DNA from: a virus
Lineage: Duplodnaviria > Caudoviricetes
DNA length: 47,637 bases
Reading direction: 5' to 3' (one strand)
Virus record (IMG/VR): IMGVR_UViG_3300036520_000011
Coordinates: 1-47,637 of that record
This document shows positions 16,229 to 25,494 of this stretch, in pieces. The first letter of the stretch is position 1, and each line of letters starts with the position of its first letter. The position numbers and the translations under genes were made by a program. Under the pieces are notes generated by a model. It saw only the letters and a program-made list of their open reading frames with translations, searched no databases and had not been told where the DNA came from.

Positions 16229-16906
16229 ATGAAAAGCGCAGCTAAAGCCAAGCAGACCAAGAGAGGTCGAAAGGGGTCAGGCCTGAAGGACTTGTCCCCG
16301 GAGGCCGCTCGCTACGTGATTTCGGGCTGGTCCCTCTCAGCCGTCAGAGAGGCGGTGGCGTTGCAGGGCCGCGCCCAGGCGCTTGGTCCGCACGGACAGG
16401 CGCCGACCCTGGAGCGCGCTCTGAAAGGTGATCTCGGGTTCGCGGTCGCGTTGGAGAGCGAGTACTCGCACCTGAGGCCGCGTGTCGTGCTGAAGGCGCA
16501 AACGGTTCGCGATCAACTCATTTCAGCAGACGTGGACGTTGACTATGCGGACGTGGCGGAGGGGTTTCTCGCGGACGTCGCGGGTGCGCAGATCGGCAAG
16601 CTGACGGCGAGCTACGGTGAGGGGCTGGGCGGCGGCACATCTGCGGAGCCAGAGCGCTTCGTTATCGCTGTCGATCGGCTGGCTCGGGCGCAAGCCAAGT
16701 TATCAGCGAAGCAACGCGCGGCTCTCTGGGGCGTGTTGGTGTTCAACCTTAGCCTCGCGGACGTAGGCTACGCCGTTGCGGGGGAGAAGGAGACCTTCGC
16801 CTGCAGCCCGCACAAGCTCCGGGCCGCGGGTTCGTTACTGTTGGAAGGAGCGCTCCACGCAATGTTGCCGCTCTACCGGGACAGGATCGAGCGCAACTCA
16901 CCCTAG
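16229..16906 (+). CDS. Putative late-gene activator/antiterminator (C-terminal HTH)
   Basis: Last early gene before packaging; LSAKQRAALWGVLVFNLSLADVG resembles a sigma region-4-like HTH. Function inferred from position. Confidence 0.5.
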   Translation: MKSAAKAKQTKRGRKGSGLKDLSPEAARYVISGWSLSAVREAVALQGRAQALGPHGQAPTLERALKGDLGFAVALESEYSHLRPRVVLKAQTVRDQLISADVDVDYADVAEGFLADVAGAQIGKLTASYGEGLGGGTSAEPERFVIAVDRLARAQAKLSAKQRAALWGVLVFNLSLADVGYAVAGEKETFACSPHKLRAAGSLLLEGALHAMLPLYRDRIERNSP

Positions 16907-16994
16907 TAAGAAAGCTACATTTCTCGCTCTAGACGATTGATTGAGACTGACGCACCATCGCCCCGGGGCTCGCTGCGGCGAGAATGGGGGCGTT

Positions 16995-19682
16995 ATGGGT
17001 ATGCCGTTTGGCCGCTGGCTGCGCGCCGGCATGATTGCAGCCGTGCTGTTGTTGCCTACGCACGCGGCACAAGCGTTCGGCCTGAAAACTCACCTCTGGA
17101 TCGCACAGCGGGTTCTCGATGACATCCTGCCGGACTGTGCGGTCACGTTGTCAGGAGGCTCCTACGCGGTTCCGCAGGATCTCTGCGACGCCATTCGGCA
17201 CCACCCAGGCGCGTTTCTGGCGGGCGCACTCGGCCCGGACGCTTATCCCGACCTGATAAACGGCCAAGTCACGGCTCACCCTGGAATCGAGGGCGATTGG
17301 CAGACCGCGGACTGGCTGAAGCACCTGCACCGGTCGGCCAGCGCCCCTGAAGAGGTAGCGTTCAGCTCCGGCTACCTCACTCACGCAGCGGGTGACACGT
17401 TCGCCCATACCTACGTCAACGCTTATGCCGGCGACGTTTTTGCTCTGGGCGATGAGCGCGCGGTCGAGCGACGGCACTTCGTGCTCGAGAAGTACATCGA
17501 CTACCGCCTCCCCGCAGGTGAGCCCGATCCTAACCGGATGCGGGCTCCAGCCGCATTCCTTGCGGGACGACTCATCCTGAACCGTGATGCCGCACGTGTT
17601 AGCGCCAAGTCAGGCATGGGGGCGCACATCTCGGCGATGTATGGCGTCTACGTGACTGTGGACCAGCTGGCGCGCCAGCTCGACAGTTTAGAGGATGCCG
17701 CAGGCGGAGCGCTTGCCAATGTCGTGGCGGAGCACGTCGACCTCACGACACGATTTGCGACAGGCGAAGCTCAGTTGAAGCTCGCTCGCGAAGGGCTGAG
17801 TGCGGCGGAGAATATACTCGCTGAACAAGAGCGAGCTCTGGAGAAAGCCCAGCGAGAACTCGACAATGCGCTGCAGGAGTTAGCCTCAAACGCAGACAAG
17901 ATCGCCAAATTGAACAGCCTGATAGCTGCCAATAGAGATATCATTGAGGGAGCTGGCAAAGCTATCGGTGATGTAAACTCTACAATCGCGGACCTTCAGC
18001 AAAGGGAGATCAAGCTCACTAACGACATATTGCAATCCGGGAGAGAAGTGTGTGAGTGGGTCAGCAAGCAGCAGTGCAAAGCGGTTTGTCTCGGCGGCTT
18101 GAAGCCGGTCTGCAAAGACGTATGCGAGGACGTATTAAGGCAAGTCTGCCGACCTGCTGAAGCGGTCATCGAGCTGAACAAGGTTCGCGGACGCCTTCTG
18201 AACGAACAAGCGAAACTGAACGACCTTATCTCCCGACGCGCGACCGCTGTCGCTGCTGAGGCGGCTGCGCAGGCGGAGAAGGCCCAAGCTCAAGCTCTGC
18301 GCAACGTGCTCGAGGGGGCCAGACAAGCTGCCCAGATCACCTTCGATGCCGCGCGCGAAGCGACCGTCGCCCAACGCAACGTGGTCCGCGAGGCCCGCGC
18401 AGGCGTCGACGCGTTGAAGGCCGAGATCGAGCGCCTGCGACAGAAGATCGTTGACACCGCGAGCCTTAAAGACGCCATCCAGCAGCTCGTAGCCCAAAGT
18501 AATGTCCTCAGCGGGTACGCGAGGCACTGGCGCACGGGCATTGAAGTCGCCAGCCGCGAGTACATAAACGCAGCGCTCAAGGCGAGCACACTCCTCGCGA
18601 GTGGCCAGTCCGGTGTGCTCAGCGTCTACGCCGAATGGCTCACCTGCTACGGCAGCGCGTTTACCCCGGTGCCCTATGAGCTCGGCCAATACAGTTGCTC
18701 AGTGTTGTCCTTCCTCGCGGACGTCGAAAGGACGATCAACGAGTTCCTCCTGACGAACCTGCCGCCTCCCTTCGACGAACTGTTCCGCCAGTACCTGGAT
18801 GTGAGGCAGCACGTTCAAGGCGAGGTAAAACGAGCGGCGGGAGATGCCGTCCTTCACCTGGCGAAGCTTGCTTCGCCCGACGCCACCACAGCTGACCTGA
18901 TCGACCTAATGGCCAACCCGAACAACGCCACGGCAGGCAAACTGAGCGAAGTCTTCTCTCAGGTCGGAGATGCCGGCGGTAAACCCCTCCTCACTTTCGA
19001 CAACGCAGTGCAGATGATCGACGCAGACGTGGGGCTGTCGAACGGCCGTGTGAGCGCGACAAGGTTCGCTGCGCTGCGCCACGCTGTGACGCTTTCGAAG
19101 CTCGCACTTCTGAATGAGTCGAGTTTGCGCGAGGTCGTGTACCGTACAGGCGGGGACGTGAGCCGCATGCGCCTTACACAGGGCGGCAGTCGCTTCTCCG
19201 TCCTTTATGAGGCGCTGCGGTCGATCGACGGCAACCACCAATGGCAGCCGTATGGCCTTCCTTATCCGAGCGCCAATGGAGCACCGCCGAGGCCGGCGGA
19301 CCCGCAAGACCGCCGCTTTGGCTATGGGCCTGCAGATGGGTCTCCGGCAGGCATGCCTCTGTTCGTCGAGCCTCAGCTTCGGTCCACTACGTTCGCTACG
19401 CTGTTTCCGAAGCGCGTCGCGGGCGGCATCGCTGGCCGGCCCGAGATGCGGTCGCCTGCTTACCCGTTCCCTGAGTGCGACACGCATCCCTTTCCGGTGG
19501 CCTTCAATCCCGACGGTACGCCCGCCTCGAACGATCTCACGTGCAATCGCACTCCGCTTGCTCGTGGCACGGCTGCAGTGGCGCGGGAGGTGTCGACCTT
19601 CGGCAACCACCTGAAGAGAGCGTTCAGGCGTGTATGGGCCGGGTTAGGCTTCAAGCCTTGGGTGGCTGCCCCCGCCCATTGA
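16995..19682 (+). CDS. Secreted Zn-dependent phospholipase C / S1-P1-superfamily protein with long coiled coil
   Basis: Signal peptide ending AQA|FGLKTH; GALGPD, GYLTHAAGDTFAH and RHFVLE zinc-ligand motifs; roughly 300-aa coiled coil with a Cys-rich centre. Confidence 0.8.
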   Translation: MGMPFGRWLRAGMIAAVLLLPTHAAQAFGLKTHLWIAQRVLDDILPDCAVTLSGGSYAVPQDLCDAIRHHPGAFLAGALGPDAYPDLINGQVTAHPGIEGDWQTADWLKHLHRSASAPEEVAFSSGYLTHAAGDTFAHTYVNAYAGDVFALGDERAVERRHFVLEKYIDYRLPAGEPDPNRMRAPAAFLAGRLILNRDAARVSAKSGMGAHISAMYGVYVTVDQLARQLDSLEDAAGGALANVVAEHVDLTTRFATGEAQLKLAREGLSAAENILAEQERALEKAQRELDNALQELASNADKIAKLNSLIAANRDIIEGAGKAIGDVNSTIADLQQREIKLTNDILQSGREVCEWVSKQQCKAVCLGGLKPVCKDVCEDVLRQVCRPAEAVIELNKVRGRLLNEQAKLNDLISRRATAVAAEAAAQAEKAQAQALRNVLEGARQAAQITFDAAREATVAQRNVVREARAGVDALKAEIERLRQKIVDTASLKDAIQQLVAQSNVLSGYARHWRTGIEVASREYINAALKASTLLASGQSGVLSVYAEWLTCYGSAFTPVPYELGQYSCSVLSFLADVERTINEFLLTNLPPPFDELFRQYLDVRQHVQGEVKRAAGDAVLHLAKLASPDATTADLIDLMANPNNATAGKLSEVFSQVGDAGGKPLLTFDNAVQMIDADVGLSNGRVSATRFAALRHAVTLSKLALLNESSLREVVYRTGGDVSRMRLTQGGSRFSVLYEALRSIDGNHQWQPYGLPYPSANGAPPRPADPQDRRFGYGPADGSPAGMPLFVEPQLRSTTFATLFPKRVAGGIAGRPEMRSPAYPFPECDTHPFPVAFNPDGTPASNDLTCNRTPLARGTAAVAREVSTFGNHLKRAFRRVWAGLGFKPWVAAPAH

Positions 19683-19734
19683 CAAATCGGGCCTAAATGA
19701 ACGACTCTCTCGCTCAGGCGCAGGACTGCGTCGC

Positions 19735-19764
19735 AACCCGCCCGGCTTAGCCGCGGCGGGTTTT
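19735..19764 (+). terminator. Intrinsic terminator before the packaging genes
   Basis: AACCCGCC...GGCGGGTT stem plus T-run; TTGACA at 19679-19684 upstream. Confidence 0.7.
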
Positions 19765-19892
19765 GCGTTTCAGCGTTAATCCGCACGACGAGTTGCTCTG
19801 CGCACCAGCGCCGGCTCGTCTTCGCGTCCGCCGGCAGACCATTTGTCGACGGCTCCGGCATGTGCGTCTGAAAACATATCAGAGGAAATCAG

Positions 19893-20252
19893 ATGGCCCG
19901 CGGAGGTGCCCGCCCAGGTGCCGGCCGCCCGGCTGGCTCTCGCAACAAGGCGACCGCTGACGTCATGGAGGCCGCCCAGGTCTTCACCCGCTCGGCCGTC
20001 GCAACACTCGCGTCGATCATGCGGGACAAGAGCCAACCGGCCGCCGCGCGCGTTTCCGCCGCCACGGCGATCCTCGACCGCGGCCACGGCAAGCCCAAGC
20101 AGGCGATCATCGGCGGAGGTCCTGAAGACCCGCCAGTCCGCGTCGACCTATCCAACCTGTCCGACGAGGAGCTGGCCGCGCTTGAGGCTATCCGCAGCAA
20201 GCTTGCCGTCCCTGGAGGAGATCAGGGCGGAAAGGGAGCGCAGGAAGGCTGA
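19893..20252 (+). CDS. terS: Terminase small subunit
   Basis: MARGGARPGAGRP..SRNK...ILDRGHGKP; GAGG RBS; precedes terL. Confidence 0.85.
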   Translation: MARGGARPGAGRPAGSRNKATADVMEAAQVFTRSAVATLASIMRDKSQPAAARVSAATAILDRGHGKPKQAIIGGGPEDPPVRVDLSNLSDEELAALEAIRSKLAVPGGDQGGKGAQEG

Positions 20253-21693
20253 GGCCGAGCGCCGGCGCCTGCGAGAGGACCGCGACTCCATCCGCGACAG
20301 GTGCCGACGCTTAAGTGGCTTCGTCCGCGAGGCCTGGCACGTCCTGGAGCCGAACGCGAAGCTGGTCTGGAACTGGCACCTCGACGCCCTCTGCGAGCAC
20401 CTCGAGGCGATCACCCGGGGCGACATCAACCGGCTGCTGGCCAACGTGCCGCCGGGCTCTTCGAAATCGCTGATCGTCTCGGTGATGTGGCAGGCCTGGG
20501 AGTGGGGGCCCCTTGGCCTCGGCTCGATGCGCTACCTCGCCACGGCGTTCAACGAAGGGCCGGTGAAGCGGGACACCCGGAAGGCCCGGGACCTGATGCT
20601 GTCGGAGTGGTACCGCGCGCTCTGGCCTGACGTAGTGCTGACCAGGACCGGCGAGACAAGCTTCGCCAACAGCCGGACCGGCGCCAGAGACGGCATCGCC
20701 TTCGGGTCACTGACTTCCCAGCGCGGCGACCGCCTCATCATCGACGACCCGCACAGCACCGAGACGGCCGAGAGCCCGACGGAGCGGGAGAACACGACCC
20801 GCAAGTTCCGCGAGGGCGCGACCAACCGCCTGAACGACCAGGAGCGGTCGGCGATCGTGGTCATCATGCAGCGCCTGCACGAGCAGGACCTGTCCGGCGT
20901 CATCCAGAAGCTGGGCATGGAGTACGTCCACCTCTGCCTGCCGATGGAGTTCGAGCCGGAGCGGAAGTGCCGGACCAGCATCGGTTTCGAGGATCCGCGC
21001 AGCTACGAGGGCGAGCTGCTCGACCCGGTCCGCTTCCCCCGGGAGGTGGTCGAGAAGCTGAAGCGCGACATGGGCTCCTACGCCTATGCCGGGCAGTACC
21101 AGCAGCGTCCGACGCCTCGTGAAGGCGGGCTGTTCAAGCGCAGCTGGTTCGAGATCGTGGACGCGGTCCCGGCGCGATGCGGCCGGCGCGTCAGGGCATG
21201 GGACATGGGCGCGACGGAAGGGGGCGGGGACGCGACCGCCGGCGTCCGGGTGACCCGCTCACCAGAAGGCGTCTTCTACGTCGAGCATGTCGTCCGGCAG
21301 CGTTTAGGCCCCGCGGGGGTGCAGCGCCTGATCACCACGACCGCGACCCAGGATCCGGCCGGTACGACGATCCGTATTCCGCAGGATCCCGGCCAAGCGG
21401 GCAAGGCGCAGGCGCAGACCTACACCGTCCTGCTCGCCGGCTACGACGTGAAGGCGGTGCAGCCGACTGGCGACAAGACAACCCGTGCCCGACCGGCGGC
21501 TGCACAGGCGGAGGCGGGGAACGTGAAGCTGCTCCGCGGCGACTGGAACGAGGCGTTCATGGAAGAGCTCTGCACGTTCCCGGCCGGAGCGCACGACGAC
21601 CAGGTGGATGCGTTCGCCGACGCCATCAACGAGCTGACAATTGGGCCTGCTCCGGCCGTGGTTCTTCCCAGGGTGAGCTTCGGTGGCCGTTAA
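20182..21693 (+). CDS. terL: Terminase large subunit
   Basis: NVPPGSSKS Walker A, LIIDDPH Walker B, AWD and HDDQVDA nuclease motifs. Start taken as TTG 20182 (GAGGAG RBS); 20203 is the alternative. Confidence 0.93.
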   Translation: MRLSAASLPSLEEIRAERERRKAEAERRRLREDRDSIRDRCRRLSGFVREAWHVLEPNAKLVWNWHLDALCEHLEAITRGDINRLLANVPPGSSKSLIVSVMWQAWEWGPLGLGSMRYLATAFNEGPVKRDTRKARDLMLSEWYRALWPDVVLTRTGETSFANSRTGARDGIAFGSLTSQRGDRLIIDDPHSTETAESPTERENTTRKFREGATNRLNDQERSAIVVIMQRLHEQDLSGVIQKLGMEYVHLCLPMEFEPERKCRTSIGFEDPRSYEGELLDPVRFPREVVEKLKRDMGSYAYAGQYQQRPTPREGGLFKRSWFEIVDAVPARCGRRVRAWDMGATEGGGDATAGVRVTRSPEGVFYVEHVVRQRLGPAGVQRLITTTATQDPAGTTIRIPQDPGQAGKAQAQTYTVLLAGYDVKAVQPTGDKTTRARPAAAQAEAGNVKLLRGDWNEAFMEELCTFPAGAHDDQVDAFADAINELTIGPAPAVVLPRVSFGGR

Positions 21694-23113
21694 TGACGCG
21701 GACGCCGCCTGGGCTCGCTTCAAGTCCGAGCGAGATCGGGTGGCAGCGCTGCTGGCCGGCAAGGCCGAGGCGCGGGCCCTGGTGATCGGCATGCCCGGCT
21801 GGGACACGTCCACCCTGAGCGCTTACCAAGAGGGCGCCTACTACCTGCCCATGGTCTCCCGCACCCTGGAGACGTTCGGGGGCTTGGTGTTCCTGAAGGC
21901 TCCGGCGCGGACCTTTCCGGAAGGGCTCGAGGCCTACACTGAAGACGTCACGCAGACCGGCCAGGAGATCGACCGGTTCGCCGAAGCCGCCTTCGATGGC
22001 GTGCTGAAGACCGCCGCGATCGGCGTGCTCGTCGACTATCCGCAGGCGCCGGACGGCATGACGAAGCTGGAGGCGGAGCGGCAGGGCTACCGCCCGAGCC
22101 TTCGGCTCTACGACGCTACTACCATCCTGGCCGCTCGCGTGACGAAGGTTGGCGGGGCGCAGCGGCTCTCCCACGTCCGTCTCCTCGAGGAGTTCGAGGA
22201 GCCCGGCGCCGACGAGTTCACGGTCGCGACAAAGCGGCAGGTCCGCGTTCTCGACATCAACGGTGGAGTTTATCGTCAGCGGGTCTTCCGGCAGGTCGGC
22301 GGTGCCTGGCAGGCCACCGAGACGCTGGAGCCCAGAATGGGCGGGAAGCCGATGACGGCGATCCCGATGTTCTTCTCCAACACTCGGGACGGCGAGCCCC
22401 GCTGCGAGAAACCGCCCCTCACGGACCTGGCCGACATCAACCTCGCCCACCTGCAGAACAGCGCTGCCATGGAATGGGCGCTGATGTGGCTCGGCAATCC
22501 GATCCTGTTCGGATCCGGCATCACAGTGCCGGAGGGGACAACGCTGGCGGTGGGCTCGTCGCAAGCGGTGCTCGGCCCGGCGGGTTCAGACCTGAAGATC
22601 GTCCAGGCTGATGGCGCCAGCGTGGGCGCTCTTAAGGCGGCCATGGACGACAAGCGCCGCGATGCCGCCGCACTGGGCGCGCGGATGCTGATGGAGAGCC
22701 CTCGCGCGGCGATCGCCGCTGAAACGGCCCGTATCGAGCGGGCGGGGGAGACGTCGGTGATCGGCGCCGCGGCCAATGCGCTTTCGCAGTGCCTGACTAA
22801 CGCGCTGCGCTTCATGGCGACGTGGGCGGGAGCGCCCGTCGAGACGACCGCCGCGGACGGCAAGAAGCGGCCGCTCCTCTACTGGCTCAACACCGACTTG
22901 ATGCCGACGCGGATGAGCCCGCAGCAGCTCGAGGCGTTGCTGAAGGCCTGGCAGGGCGGGGCGCTGTCAAAGCGCGAGCTCTTCGCGCGCTTCCAAGAAG
23001 CCGAAGTGGTCGATCCCGCCAAGTCCTTCGAGGACCACGAGGAGGAGATCGCGGGCGAGGGGCCAGCGCTCGGCGACGCGACTGATCAGGAGCCCGACGA
23101 GCTGGCGGCATGA
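21683..23113 (+). CDS. Portal protein (DUF4055-like)
   Basis: Position after terL, size, and PPL.DLA.IN.AH motif. Confidence 0.85.
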   Translation: MAVNDADAAWARFKSERDRVAALLAGKAEARALVIGMPGWDTSTLSAYQEGAYYLPMVSRTLETFGGLVFLKAPARTFPEGLEAYTEDVTQTGQEIDRFAEAAFDGVLKTAAIGVLVDYPQAPDGMTKLEAERQGYRPSLRLYDATTILAARVTKVGGAQRLSHVRLLEEFEEPGADEFTVATKRQVRVLDINGGVYRQRVFRQVGGAWQATETLEPRMGGKPMTAIPMFFSNTRDGEPRCEKPPLTDLADINLAHLQNSAAMEWALMWLGNPILFGSGITVPEGTTLAVGSSQAVLGPAGSDLKIVQADGASVGALKAAMDDKRRDAAALGARMLMESPRAAIAAETARIERAGETSVIGAAANALSQCLTNALRFMATWAGAPVETTAADGKKRPLLYWLNTDLMPTRMSPQQLEALLKAWQGGALSKRELFARFQEAEVVDPAKSFEDHEEEIAGEGPALGDATDQEPDELAA

Positions 23114-24624
23114 AGCTCCAGCCTGAGGAGCGGATCCACACCGAAGCGGTCCTGCATCGGATCGCGCTCCACCGCTACTCCACCTCGCTTGTCCGCAAGA
23201 TGGTGGGCCAGATCAACAGGACGCAGAAGAGCGTCCTGGCGAGGCTGCAAGAGGCCGCCGGGTCCAACTTCTCGGGCCGGCGCCTGGAAGCGCTCCTTGC
23301 CTCCTTGCGGTCTCTCGAAGCCCAAGGCTGGGCGACCCTGAAGCTGCGGTTTGAAACCGAGTTAGCGGGTCTCGTCGGCGCGGAGCTCGAGTTCCACCAG
23401 AAGCTGCTCGCCTACGCTGCGGACGCGGTGGAGGTCGACGTCACCTGGTCATCTCCCACGGTGAACCAGGTCATGGCCGCGGTGAAGGCTCGCCCCTTCC
23501 AAGGGCGGCTCCTGAAGGATTGGCTTAGCGAGGCCGAAGAGGCGTCCGCCCGCCGCACCCGCGAGGTGATCCGGCAGGGCTACATAGAGGGCGCCACCGT
23601 CGACGACATGGTCCGTCGCCTGGCAGGCTCAAAGGTCAGCGGCTACCGCGACGGCGTCCTCGAGATCAGCCGGCGTGGTGTCGAGGCGATGGTCCGAACG
23701 GCCGTCACCCACACGTCGAACGTCGGCTCGCAGGAGCTCTACAAGTCCGCCGGCGCCTTGGTGGTCGGTTGGGAGTTCGTCGCCACCCTGGACAGCCGCA
23801 CGTCGCTCACGTGCGCCACGCTCGACGGCAAGGTTTTCCCGATCGGCAAGGGCCCGCAGCCGCCCCGCCACATCAACTGCAGGAGCGTGACCATCCCTCG
23901 GATCCGGGGGATGAGGCGAACGCCGCGGACGACATACGCGGACTGGCTGAAGAAGCAGCCGCCACAGGTTCAGGACGAGGTTCTCGGGGTCGCTAAGGCG
24001 GCCCTTTTTCGTACCGGCAACCTGACGGTCGACCGGTTCACCGACACGACCGGCAAGGTTCTGAACCTTGAGGAGCTGAAGGCGAAGAACGCGGGCGCCT
24101 TCAGCGCAGTCGACGAGGCGGCACGGCAGACGATCAAGACCTTTGATGCGGCGGACTTCCGCGCGATCGCCGACTACACGGGGTCTGGGTATCGCCGCAT
24201 CAACGGCTTCCTGCGTGGGGAAGTCGAGGGAACCCCTGATCTGCAGCGGCGCGTGGCGGCGCTCGACCGAGCTCTGGCGAAATCGAGGCTTGCAGAGGAT
24301 GTCTTGGTGGAGCGCGGCGTCATTGGCGCCTACGCCCGAAAGCTAGCCGAGTCGAACCTTCGGCCAGGGTCGATCATCAAGGAACCCGGCTATCTCAGCA
24401 CCTCCAAGGAGGGCGCGGTCGCCCGAAACTTCGGCGAAGGAAGCGACGGCGTGCTGATGGTCGTCTACGCCCGCAAAGGTCAGCGAGGGCTGGACGTCTC
24501 GACCGTGTCGTCGGTCAAGTCAGAGTCAGAGATCCTGTTCGGTCGCGGGTCACGGCTGAAAGTGGTAGAATGGAACCGTGAAACCAGAACCCTCACCGTC
24601 GAGCGACTTGCCGACCGATCCTGA
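23110..24624 (+). CDS. Head morphogenesis protein (MuF/SPP1 gp7) fused to a C-terminal ADP-ribosyltransferase
   Basis: ATLDSRTS..C...PPRHINCRS MuF motif; YT..GY..IN..LRG, VERG, YLSTS and SESEIL form an R-S-ExE ART. Confidence 0.88.
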   Translation: MKLQPEERIHTEAVLHRIALHRYSTSLVRKMVGQINRTQKSVLARLQEAAGSNFSGRRLEALLASLRSLEAQGWATLKLRFETELAGLVGAELEFHQKLLAYAADAVEVDVTWSSPTVNQVMAAVKARPFQGRLLKDWLSEAEEASARRTREVIRQGYIEGATVDDMVRRLAGSKVSGYRDGVLEISRRGVEAMVRTAVTHTSNVGSQELYKSAGALVVGWEFVATLDSRTSLTCATLDGKVFPIGKGPQPPRHINCRSVTIPRIRGMRRTPRTTYADWLKKQPPQVQDEVLGVAKAALFRTGNLTVDRFTDTTGKVLNLEELKAKNAGAFSAVDEAARQTIKTFDAADFRAIADYTGSGYRRINGFLRGEVEGTPDLQRRVAALDRALAKSRLAEDVLVERGVIGAYARKLAESNLRPGSIIKEPGYLSTSKEGAVARNFGEGSDGVLMVVYARKGQRGLDVSTVSSVKSESEILFGRGSRLKVVEWNRETRTLTVERLADRS

Positions 24625-24757
24625 CTGGGAGCCGGGCGGCCGCTTCTGCGTGTCTAGCGCCGGTGGCCTGGAGATCGATCACAGTGAGGCCTACGGCCAG
24701 CCGTTCGACATGACCCCGATGCCGCATCCGAAGCGCAATCGCGCGCGTGGGGAATAA
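24608..24757 (+). CDS. Small ORF (49 aa; 59 aa from GTG 24578) overlapping the MuF-ART stop; candidate immunity peptide
   Basis: Hand-translated MPTDPDWEPGGRFCVSSAGGLEIDHSEAYGQPFDM...; supported by position only. Confidence 0.4.
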   Translation: MPTDPDWEPGGRFCVSSAGGLEIDHSEAYGQPFDMTPMPHPKRNRARGE

Positions 24758-24849
24758 GGGTCGATCTCGCTTTGACGCACCGTTCGCGCGTAGTGCTCGA
24801 CTCCATCTCGCCCTGAGGTAGCATCCTCTCCGTTCCTGGGGAGGAAACT

Positions 24850-25359
24850 ATGCGGGGCTGGATCATGGTGGTGGCGCTCATTGGCGCCTCGTTGGCAGGC
24901 GCGTCGGCAGCTGAAACCTTACGCACAACAACAAACCTAAACTGTAGAGTCGCACCAGATGGTGCTGCTAGCGTTGTGACGCGGCTGCCACGGGGCACTT
25001 TGGTAGAGACCAGGCTAACCGACGGCGAATGGCGAAGCGTCGATACTGCACACGGGGAGTGCTGGGCGTCCTCTCGGTACCTTTCTGATGAGCTTGAGGC
25101 AGCAGGCAGTCACGCCTCACCCTACGCATTCACCGGAACACGCTCCGCTCGTGCATCATCGACCAGTCGCTCGAAAACTTATGCACAAAGCAGCGGCCGG
25201 TCGCGCGGCAGTAGTGCCTCGCGTTCAGGATCTCGATCGCGGAATGGAGGCTCGGCGGGGGCGGGCAATTGTCCTTGCAGTGGATCCAACGTCTGCATCG
25301 GACCTCGGGGCGGCCGGTATTGCATCACGTCGGGCGGCAATAAGCGCTACGGCGTCTAA
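24850..25359 (+). CDS. Exported SH3b-domain protein with Ser/Arg linker and C-terminal CPC...GPRGGRYC motif (moron)
   Basis: GAGGA RBS, signal peptide, LNCR..P...W..V...W.SSRYL; TTGACG upstream and its own terminator. Confidence 0.8.
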   Translation: MRGWIMVVALIGASLAGASAAETLRTTTNLNCRVAPDGAASVVTRLPRGTLVETRLTDGEWRSVDTAHGECWASSRYLSDELEAAGSHASPYAFTGTRSARASSTSRSKTYAQSSGRSRGSSASRSGSRSRNGGSAGAGNCPCSGSNVCIGPRGGRYCITSGGNKRYGV

Positions 25360-25381
25360 GTAAGCGACGAGCAGAGTCTTT

Positions 25382-25406
25382 AGGCCGCCCGCACGGGCGG
25401 CCTTTT
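25382..25406 (+). terminator. Intrinsic terminator
   Basis: AGGCCGCCCG-CA-CGGGCGGCCT inverted repeat followed by Ts. Confidence 0.8.
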
Positions 25407-25410
25407 CAAT

Positions 25411-25481
25411 GCCCTGAGCAGAGCCAGGGCGCCCAACCGGGCGTGTGCAGAGCCGCGCCCCTCCAACGCGTGCAGAGCCGC
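25411..25481 (+). promoter_or_regulatory. Three tandem hairpins with WGCAGAGC loops in the scaffold leader
   Basis: Stems GCCCTG/CAGGGC, GGGCGTG/CGCGCCC and GCG/CGC each close an 8-nt (A/T)GCAGAGC loop; the last abuts the AGGAGA RBS. Confidence 0.7.
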
Positions 25482-25494
25482 AGGAGAGACCACC

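Noticed and set aside
19843-20181. Long N-terminal extension of TerL in the ORF track
   Set aside because: It overlaps terS in another frame and reads as shadow sequence; RBS-backed TTG starts exist at 20182 and 20203.
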